Shown here one piece after another: positions 54,501-64,000 of a stretch of 64,000 bases of DNA (position 1 is the stretch's first letter; every line of letters begins with the position of its first letter). A program made the position numbers and the translations under genes. Source of the stretch: the human T2T-CHM13v2.0 reference genome, Homo sapiens; NCBI RefSeq assembly GCF_009914755.1, contig NC_060925.1. One strand, given 5' to 3'. The notes under the pieces were generated by a model. That model saw nothing but the letters and a program-made list of their open reading frames with translations. It searched no databases and was not told the origin of the DNA.

Positions 54501-56179
54501 TCAGTAACTTCCTTGTGTTGTGTGTATTCAACTGACAGAGTTGAACTTTCATTTGGAGAGAGCAGATTTGAAACACTGTTTTTGTGGAATTTGCAAGTGG
54601 AGATTTCAAGCGCTCTGGGGCCAAAGGCAGAAAAGGAAATATCTTCGTATAAAAACTAGACAGAATCATTCTCAGAAACTGCTGCGTGATGTGTGCGTTC
54701 AACTCTCAGAGTTTAACTTTTCTTTTCATTCAGCGGTTTGGAAACACTCTGTTTGTAAAGTCTGCACGTGGATATTTTGACCACTTAGAGGCCTTCGTTG
54801 GAAACGGGTTTTTTTCATGTAAGGCTAGACAGAAGAATTCCCAGTAACTTCCTTGTGTTGTGTGCATTCAACTCACAGAGTTGAACGTTCCCTTAGACAG
54901 AGCAGATTTGAAACACTCTATTTGTGCAATTTGCAAGTGTAGATTTCAAGCGCTTTAAGGTCAACGGCAGAAAAGGAAATATCTTCGTTTCAAAACTAGA
55001 CAGAATCATTCCCACAAACTGCGTTGTGATGTGTTCGTTCAACTCACAGAGTTTAACCTTTCTGTTCATAGAGCAGTTAGGAAACACTCTGTTTGTAAAG
55101 TCTGTAAGTGGATATTCTGACATCTTGTGGCCTTCGTTGGAAACGGGATTTCTTCATATTCTGCTAGACAGAAGAATTCTCAGTAACTTCCTTGTGTTGT
55201 GTGTATTCAACTCACAGAGTTGAACGATCCTTTACACAGAGAAGACTTGAAACACTCTTTTTGTGGAATTTGCAAGTGGAGATTTCAGCCGCTTTGAGGT
55301 CAATGGTAGAAAAGGAAACTATCTTCATATAAAGACTAGACAGAATGATTCTCAGAAAATCTTTTGTGATGTGTGCGTTCAACTCACAGAGTTTAACTTT
55401 TCTTCTCATAGAGCAGTTAGGAAACACTCTGTTTGTAAAGTCTGCAAGTGGATATTCAGACCTCTTTGAGGCCTTCGTTGGAAACGGGATTTCTTCATAT
55501 TATGCTAGACAGAATAATTCTCAGTAACTTCCTTGTGTTGTGTGTAGTCAACTCACAGAGTTGAAGGATCCTTTACAGAGAGCAGGCTTGAAACACTCTT
55601 TTTGTCGAATTTGCAAGTGGAGATTTCAGCCGCTTTGAGGTCAATGGTAGAATAGGAAATATCTTCTTATAGAAACTAGACAAAATGATTCTCATGAACT
55701 CCTTTGTGATGTGTGCGTTCAACTCACAGAGTTTAACCTTTCTTTTCATAGAGCAGTTAGGAAACACTCTGTTTGTAAAGTCTGCAAGTGGATATTCAGA
55801 CCTCCTTGAGGCCTTCGTTGGAAACGGGATTTCTTCATATTCTGCTAGACAGAAGAATTCTCATTAACTTCCTTGTGTTGTGTTTATTCAACTCACAGAG
55901 TTGAATGATCCTTTACACAGAGCAGACTTGAAACACTCTTTTTGTGGAATTTGCAAGTGGAGATTTCAGCCGCTTTGAGGTCAATGGTAGAAAAGTAAAT
56001 ATCTTCGTATAAAGACTAGACAGAATGATTCTCAGAAACTCCTTTGTGATGTGTGCGTTCAACTCACAGAGTTTAACCTTTCTGTTCATAGAGCAGTTAG
56101 GAAACACTCTGTTTGTAAAGTCTGCAAGTGGATATTCAGACCTCCTTGAGGCCTTCGTTGGAAACGGGATTTCTTCATA

Positions 56180-59100
56180 TTCTGCTAGACAGAAGAATTC
56201 TCAGTAACTTCCTTGTGTTGTGTGTATTCAACTCACAGAGTTGAACGATCCTTTACACAGAGCAGACTTGAAACACTCTTTTTGTGGAATTTGCAAGTGG
56301 AGATTTCAGCCGCTTTGAGGTCAATAGTAGAAAAGGAAATATCTTCGTAGAAAAACTAGACAGAATGATTCTCAGAAACTCCTTTGTGAAGTGTGCGTTC
56401 AACTCACAGAGTTTAACCTTTCTTTTCATAGAGCAGTTAGTAAACACTCTGTTTATAAAGTCTGCAAGTGGATATTCAGACCCCTTTGAGGCCTTCGTTG
56501 GAAACGGGATTTCTTCATATTATGCTAGACAGAAGAATTCTCAGTAACTTCCTTGTGTTGTGTGTATTCAACTGACAGAGTTGAACTTTCATTTAGAGAG
56601 AGCAGATTTGAAACACTGTTTTTGTGGAATTTGCAAGTGGAGATTTCAAGCGCTTTGGGGCCAAAGGCAGAAAAGGAAATATCTTCGTATAAAAACTAGA
56701 CAGAATCATTCTCAGAAACTGCTGCGTGATGTGTGCGTTCAACTCTCAGAGTTTAACTTTTCTTTTCATTCAGCGGTTTGGAAACACTCTGTTTGTAAAG
56801 TCTGCACGTGGATATTTTGACCACTTAGAGGCCTTCGTTGGAAACGGGTTTTTTTCATGTAAGGCTAGACAGAAGAATTCCCAGTAACTTCCTTGTGTTG
56901 TGTGCATTCAACTCACAGAGTTGAACGTTCCCTTAGACAGAGCAGATTTGAAACACTCTATTTGTGCAATTTGCAAGTGTAGATTTCAAGCGCTTTAAGG
57001 TCAACGGCAGAAAAGGAAATATCTTCGTTTCAAAACTAGACAGAATCATTCCCACAAACTGCGTTGTGATGTGTTCGTTCAACTCACAGAGTTTAACCTT
57101 TCTGTTCATAGAGCAGTTAGGAAACACTCTGTTTGTAAAGTCTGTAAGTGGATATTCTGACATCTTGTGGCCTTCGTTGGAAACGGGATTTCTTCATATT
57201 CTGCTAGACAGAAGAATTCTCAGTAACTTCCTTGTGTTGTGTGTATTCAACTCACAGAGTTGAACGATCCTTTACACAGAGCAGACTTGAAACACTCTTT
57301 TTGTGGAATTTGCAAGTGGAGATTTCAGCCGCTTTGAGGTCAATGGTAGAAAAGTAAATATCTTCGTATAAAGACTAGACAGAATGATTCTCAGAAACTC
57401 CTTTGTGATGTGTGCGTTCAACTCACAGAGTTTAACCTTTCTGTTCATAGAGCAGTTAGGAAACACTCTGTTTGTAATGTCTGCAAGTGGATATTCAGAC
57501 CTCCTTGAGGCCTTCGTTGGAAACGGGATTTCTTCATATTCTGCTAGACAGAAGAATTCTCAGTAACTTCCTTGTGTTGTGTGTATTCAACTCACAGAGT
57601 TGAACGATCCTTTACACAGAGCAGACTTGAAACACTCTTTTTGTGGAATTTGCAAGTGGAGATTTCAGCCGCTTTGAGGTCAATGGTAGAAAAGGAAACT
57701 ATCTTCATATAAAGACTAGACTGAATGATTCTCAGAAAATCTTTTGTGATGTGTGCGTTCAACTCACAGAGTTTAACTTTTCTTCTCATAGAGCAGTTAG
57801 GAAACACTCTGTTTGTAAAGTCTGCAAGTGGATATTCAGACCTCTTTGAGGCCTTCGTTGGAAACGGGATTTCTTCATATTATGCTAGACAGAATAATTC
57901 TCAGTAACTTCCTTGTGTTGTGTGTATTCAACTGACAGAGTTGAAGGATCCTTTACAGAGAGCAGGCTTGAAACACTCTTTTTGTCGAATTTGCAAGTGG
58001 AGATTTCAGCCGCTTTGAGGTCAATGGTAGAATAGGAAATATCTTCTTATAGAAACTAGACAAAATGATTCTCATGAACTCCTTTGTGATGTGTGCGTTC
58101 AACTCACAGAGTTTAACCTTTCTTTTCATAGAGCAGTTAGGAAACACTCTGTTTGTAAAGTCTGCAAGTGGATATTCAGACCTCCTTGAGGCCTTCGTTG
58201 GAAACGGGATTTCTTCATATTCTGCTAGACAGAAGAATTCTCAGTAACTTCCTTGTGTTGTGTTTATTCAACTCACAGAGTTGAATGATCCTTTACACAG
58301 AGCAGACTTGAAACACTCTTTTTGTGGAATTTGCAAGTGGAGATTTCAGCCGCTTTGAGGTCAATGGTAGAAAAGTAAATATCTTCGTATAAAGACTAGA
58401 CAGAATGATTCTCAGAAACTCCTTTGTGATGTGTGCGTTCAACTCACAGAGTTTAACCTTTCTGTTCATAGAGCAGTTAGGAAACACTCTGTTTGTAAAG
58501 TCTGCAAGTGGATATTCAGACCTCCTTGAGGCCTTCGTTGGAAACGGGATTTCTTGCTATTCTGCTAGACAGAAGAATTCTCAGTAACTTCCTTGTGTTG
58601 TGTGTATTCAACTCACAGAGTTGAACGATCCTTTACACAGAGCAGACTTGAAACACTCTTTTTGTGGAATTTGCAAGTGGAGATTTCAGCCGCTTTGAGG
58701 TCAATAGTAGAAAAGGAAATATCTTCGTAGAAAAACTAGACAGAATGATTCTCAGAAACTCCTTTGTGAAGTGTGCGTTCAACTCACAGAGTTTAACCTT
58801 TCTTTTCATAGAGCAGTTAGTAAACACTCTGTTTATAAAGTCTGCAAGTGGATATTCAGACCCCTTTGAGGCCTTCGTTGGAAACGGGATTTCTTCATAT
58901 TATGCTAGACAGAAGAATTCTCAGTAACTTCCTTGTGTTGTGTGTATTCAACTGACAGAGTTGAACTTTCATTTAGAGAGAGCAGATTTGAAACACTGTT
59001 TTTGTGGAATTTGCAAGTGGAGATTTCAAGCGCTTTGGGGCCAAAGGCAGAAAAGGAAATATCTTCGTATAAAAACTAGACAGAATCATTCTCAGAAACT

Positions 59101-61150
59101 GCTGCGTGATGTGTGCGTTCAACTCTCAGAGTTTAACTTTTCTTTTCATTCAGCGGTTTGGAAACACTCTGTTTGTAAAGTCTGCACGTGGATATTTTGA
59201 CCACTTAGAGGCCTTCGTTGGAAACGGGTTTTTTTCATGTAAGGCTAGACAGAAGAATTCCCAGTAACTTCCTTGTGTTGTGTGCATTCAACTCACAGAG
59301 TTGAACGTTCCCTTAGACAGAGCAGATTTGAAACACTCTATTTGTGCAATTTGCAAGTGTAGATTTCAAGCGCTTTAAGGTCAACGGCAGAAAAGGAAAT
59401 ATCTTCGTTTCAAAACTAGACAGAATCATTCCCACAAACTGCGTTGTGATGTGTTCGTTCAACTCACAGAGTTTAACCTTTCTGTTCATAGAGCAGTTAG
59501 GAAACACTCTGTTTGTAAAGTCTGTAAGTGGATATTCTGACATCTTGTGGCCTTCGTTGGAAACGGGATTTCTTCATATTCTGCTAGACAGAAGAATTCT
59601 CAGTAACTTCCTTGTGTTGTGTGTATTCAACTCACAGAGTTGAACGATCCTTTACACAGAGCAGACTTGAAACACTCTTTTTGTGGAATTTGCAAGTGGA
59701 GATTTCAGCCGCTTTGAGGTCAATGGTAGAAAAGTAAATATCTTCGTATAAAGACTAGACAGAATGATTCTCAGAAACTCCTTTGTGATGTGTGCGTTCA
59801 ACTCACAGAGTTTAACCTTTCTGTTCATAGAGCAGTTAGGAAACACTCTGTTTGTAATGTCTGCAAGTGGATATTCAGACCTCCTTGAGGCCTTCGTTGG
59901 AAACGGGATTTCTTCATATTCTGCTAGACAGAAGAATTCTCAGTAACTTCCTTGTGTTGTGTGTATTCAACTCACAGAGTTGAACGATCCTTTACACAGA
60001 GCAGACTTGAAACACTCTTTTTGTGGAATTTGCAAGTGGAGATTTCAGCCGCTTTGAGGTCAATGGTAGAAAAGGAAACTATCTTCATATAAAGACTAGA
60101 CTGAATGATTCTCAGAAAATCTTTTGTGATGTGTGCGTTCAACTCACAGAGTTTAACTTTTCTTCTCATAGAGCAGTTAGGAAACACTCTGTTTGTAAAG
60201 TCTGCAAGTGGATATTCCGACCTCTTTGAGGCCTTCGTTGGAAACGGGATTTCTTCATATTATGCTAGACAGAATAATTCTCAGTAACTTCCTTGTGTTG
60301 TGTGTATTCAACTGACAGAGTTGAAGGATCCTTTACAGAGAGCAGGCTTGAAACACTCTTTTTGTCGAATTTGCAAGTGGAGATTTCAGCCGCTTTGAGG
60401 TCAATGGTAGAATAGGAAATATCTTCTTATAGAAACTAGACAAAATGATTCTCATGAACTCCTTTGTGATGTGTGCGTTCAACTCACAGAGTTTAACCTT
60501 TCTTTTCATAGAGCAGTTAGGAAACACTCTGTTTGTAAAGTCTGCAAGTGGATATTCAGACCTCCTTGAGGCCTTCGTTGGAAACGGGATTTCTTCATAT
60601 TCTGCTAGACAGAAGAATTCTCAGTAACTTCCTTGTGTTGTGTTTATTCAACTCACAGAGTTGAATGATCCTTTACACAGAGCAGACTTGAAACACTCTT
60701 TTTGTGGAATTTGCAAGTGGAGATTTCAGCCGCTTTGAGGTCAATGGTAGAAAAGTAAATATCTTCGTATAAAGACTAGACAGAATGATTCTCAGAAACT
60801 CCTTTGTGATGTGTGCGTTCAACTCACAGAGTTTAACCTTTCTGTTCATAGAGCAGTTAGGAAACACTCTGTTTGTAAAGTCTGCAAGTGGATATTCAGA
60901 CCTCCTTGAGGCCTTCGTTGGAAACGGGATTTCTTGCTATTCTGCTAGACAGAAGAATTCTCAGTAACTTCCTTGTGTTGTGTGTATTCAACTCACAGAG
61001 TTGAACGATCCTTTACACAGAGCAGACTTGAAACACTCTTTTTGTGGAATTTGCAAGTGGAGATTTCAGCCGCTTTGAGGTCAATAGTAGAAAAGGAAAT
61101 ATCTTCGTAGAAAAACTAGACAGAATGATTCTCAGAAACTCCTTTGTGAT
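56180..61150. repeat. 2380-bp (14-monomer) tandem duplication nested in a 4420-bp repeat
   Basis: GTGAAGTGTGC at 56390/58770; B'(AATGTCTG)-G' at 57272/59652 and 57592/59972; TTGCTAT at 58556/60936. Confidence 0.85.
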
Positions 61151-64000
61151 GTGTGTGTTCAACTCACAGAGTTTAACCTTTCTTTTCATAGAGCAGTTAG
61201 TAAACACTCTGTTTATAAAGTCTGCAAGTGGATATTCAGACCCCTTTGAGGCCTTCGTTGGAAACGGGATTTCTTCATATTCTGCTAGACAGAAGAATTC
61301 TCAGTAACTTCCTTGTGTTGTGTGTATTCAACTGACAGAGTTGAACTTTCATTTGGAGAGAGCAGATTTGAAACACTGTTTTTGTGGAATTTGCAAGTGG
61401 AGATTTCAAGCGCTCTGGGGCCAAAGGCAGAAAAGGAAATATCTTCGTATAAAAACTAGACAGAATCATTCTCAGAAACTGCTGCGTGATGTGTGCGTTC
61501 AACTCTCAGAGTTTAACTTTTCTTTTCATTCAGCGGTTTGGAAACACTCTGTTTGTAAAGTCTGCACGTGGATATTTTGACCACTTAGAGGCCTTCGTTG
61601 GAAACGGGTTTTTTTCATGTAAGGCTAGACAGAAGAATTCCCAGTAACTTCCTTGTGTTGTGTGCATTCAACTCACAGAGTTGAACGTTCCCTTAGACAG
61701 AGCAGATTTGAAACACTCTATTTGTGCAATTTGCAAGTGTAGATTTCAAGCGCTTTAAGGTCAACGGCAGAAAAGGAAATATCTTCGTTTCAAAACTAGA
61801 CAGAATCATTCCCACAAACTGCGTTGTGATGTGTTCATTCAACTCACAGAGTTTAACCTTTCTGTTCATAGAGCAGTTAGGAAACACTCTGTTTGTAAAG
61901 TCTGTAAGTGGATATTCTGACATCTTGTGGCCTTCGTTGGAAACGGGATTTCTTCATATTCTGCTAGACAGAAGAATTCTCAGTAACTTCCTTGTGTTGT
62001 GTGTATTCAACTCACAGAGTTGAACGATCCTTTACACAGAGCAGACTTGAAACACTCTTTTTGTGGAATTTGCAAGTGGAGATTTCAGCCGCTTTGAGGT
62101 CAATGGTAGAAAAGGAAACTATCTTCATATAAAGACTAGACAGAATGATTCTCAGAAAATCTTTTCTGATGTGTGCGTTCAACTCACAGAGTTTAACTTT
62201 TCTTCTCATAGAGCAGTTAGGAAACACTCTGTTTGTAAAGTCTGCAAGTGTATATTCAGACCTCTTTGAGGCCTTCGTTGGAAACGGGATTTCTTCATAT
62301 TATGCTAGGCAGAATAATTCTCAGTAACTTCCTTGTGTTGTGTGTATTCAACTCACAGAGTTGAAGGATCCTTTACAGAGAGCTGGCTTGAAACACTCTT
62401 TTTGTCGAATTTGCAAGTGGAGATTTCAGCCGCTTTGAGGTCAATGGTAGAATAGGAAATATCTTCTTATAGAAACTAGACAAAATGATTCTCATGAACT
62501 CCTTTGTGATGTGTGCGTTCAACTCACAGAGTTTAACCTTTCTTTTCATAGAGCAGTTAGGAAACACTCTGTTTGTAAAGTCTGCAAGTGGATATTCAGA
62601 CCTCCTTGAGGCCTTCGTTGGAAACGGGATTTCTTCATATTCTGCTAGACAGAAGAATTCTCATTAACTTCCTTGTGTTGTGTTTATTCAACTCACAGAG
62701 TTGAATGATCCTTTACACAGAGCAGACTTGAAACACTCTTTTTGTGGAATTTGCAAGTGGAGATTTCAGCCGCTTTGAGGTCAATGGTAGAAAAGTAAAT
62801 ATCTTCGTATAAAGACTAGACAGAATGATTCTCAGAAACTCCTTTGTGATGTGTGCGTTCAACTCACAGAGTTTAACCTTACTGTTCATAGAGCAGTTAG
62901 GAAACACTCTGTTTGTAAAGTCTGCAAGTGGATATTCAGACCTCCTTGAGGCCTTCGTTGGAAACGGGATTTCTTCATATTCTGCTAGACAGAAGAATTC
63001 TCAGTAACTTCCTTGTGTTGTGTGTATTCAACTCACAGAGTTGAACGATCCTTTACACAGAGCAGACTTGAAACACTCTTTTTGTGGAATTTGCAAGTGG
63101 AGATTTCAGCCGCTTTGAGGTCAATAGTAGAAAAGGAAATATCTTCGTAGAAAAACTAGACAGAATGATTCTCAGAAACTCCTTTGTGATGTGTGCGTTC
63201 AACTCACAGAGTTTAACCTTTCTTTTCATAGAGCAGTTAGTAAACACTCTGTTTATAAAGTCTGCAAGTGGATATTCAGACCCCTTTGAGGCCTTCGTTG
63301 GAAACGGGATTTCTTCATATTATGCTAGACAGAAGAATTCTCAGTAACTTCCTTGTGTTGTGTGTATTCAACTGACAGAGTTGAACTTTCATTTAGAGAG
63401 AGCAGATTTGAAACACTGTTTTTGTGGAATTTGCAAGTGGAGATTTCAAGCGCTTTGGGGCCAAAGGCAGAAAAGGAAATATCTTCGTATAAAAACTAGA
63501 CAGAATCATTCTCAGAAACTGCTGCGTGATGTGTGCGTTCAACTCTCAGAGTTTAACTTTTCTTTTCATTCAGCGGTTTGGAAACACTCTGTTTGTAAAG
63601 TCTGCACGTGGATATTTTGACCACTTAGAGGCCTTCGTTGGAAACGGGTTTTTTTCATGTAAGGCTAGACAGAAGAATTCCCAGTAACTTCCTTGTGTTG
63701 TGTGCATTCAACTCACAGAGTTGAACGTTCCCTTAGACAGAGCAGATTTGAAACACTCTATTTGTGCAATTTGCAAGTGTAGATTTCAAGCGCTTTAAGG
63801 TCAACGGCAGAAAAGGAAATATCTTCGTTTCAAAACTAGACAGAATCATTCCCACAAACTGCGTTGTGATGTGTTCGTTCAACTCACAGAGTTTAACCTT
63901 TCTGTTCATAGAGCAGTTAGGAAACACTCTGTTTGTAAAGTCTGTAAGTGGATATTCTGATATCTTGTGGCCTTCGTTGGAAACGGGATTTCTTCATATT

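Larger units (their letters stand above)
1..64000. repeat. Centromeric alpha satellite higher-order repeat array, dimeric suprachromosomal family 1 (J1/J2); most similar to human D1Z7/D5Z2/D19Z3 (S1C1/5/19H1L)
   Basis: Head-to-tail ~170-bp monomers with a strict 340-bp dimer period (the ORF track recurs every 340 bp). An EcoRI site occurs in most dimers (first GAATTC at 99-104) and a CENP-B box in alternate monomers. Typical alphoid motifs are present (TTCAACTCACAGAGTT, TTGAAACACTCTTTTTGTGGAATTTGCAAGTGG). The alpha satellite/SF1 call is secure; the chr1/5/19 subfamily call is from recall of the sequence, not a search. Confidence 0.97.

Noticed and set aside
157-63927. Hundreds of 60-99 aa ORFs on both strands (MFPNCSM..., MILRNSF..., MEFASG...)
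   Set aside because: They recur with the 340-bp satellite period, overlap on opposite strands, often rely on GTG/TTG starts, and are freely broken by indels and stops (e.g. 13210, 49315). They are chance open frames in alpha satellite. Database hits to similar 'hypothetical proteins' would most likely be translated satellite or contamination.
1-64000. Possible CRISPR-like array (regularly spaced, partly palindromic repeats)
   Set aside because: There are no unique spacers; the entire sequence is repeated at 170/340 bp, and no cas genes are present.
1-64000. Transposon insertion (Alu/L1), inversion or unique-sequence island
   Set aside because: The dimer register and orientation are continuous from end to end. 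I saw no poly(A), target-site duplication or non-alphoid sequence.
1-64000. Assignment to a specific chromosome or to the kinetochore (CDR) site
   Set aside because: The chr1, 5 and 19 arrays share this family, and CDR position is epigenetic. Both need alignment to T2T assemblies and methylation/CENP-A data that I do not have.
1-64000. A previously undescribed biological system or code in the order of dimer types
   Set aside because: The dimer order is explained by nested duplications, chimeric junctions and conversion. Nothing in the sequence requires a further function.

Overview
The whole 64 kb is one uninterrupted, single-orientation array of primate (almost certainly human) centromeric alpha satellite. 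It has ~171-bp monomers organised as ~188 copies of a 340-bp EcoRI dimer, with a CENP-B box (CTTCGTTGGAAACGGGA) in every second monomer. This is the suprachromosomal family 1 (J1/J2) pattern, and it best resembles the D1Z7/D5Z2/D19Z3 (S1C1/5/19H1L) array; I cannot tell which chromosome it comes from. I found no genes, RNA genes, mobile elements or CRISPR arrays. All listed ORFs are chance frames in the satellite. I see no evidence of a new biological system. The real information is array architecture. Diagnostic variants define dimer types, which I label A,B,C,D,E,F,G,H. The main higher-order unit is a 2040-bp 12-mer (A-B-D-E-F-G), with 10-, 14-, 18- and 20-mer variants. Above that lie nested duplications that can be put in order: a 13.6-kb super-repeat, an 11.56-kb tandem duplication, and 3.4-, 4.4- and 2.4-kb duplications. 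There is also a divergent, scrambled ~5.4-kb patch carrying the only broken CENP-B box I found, several chimeric junction dimers, and a short apparent gene-conversion tract. All comparisons were made by eye using marker variants and ORF-track offsets, so breakpoints are intervals, not exact bases.
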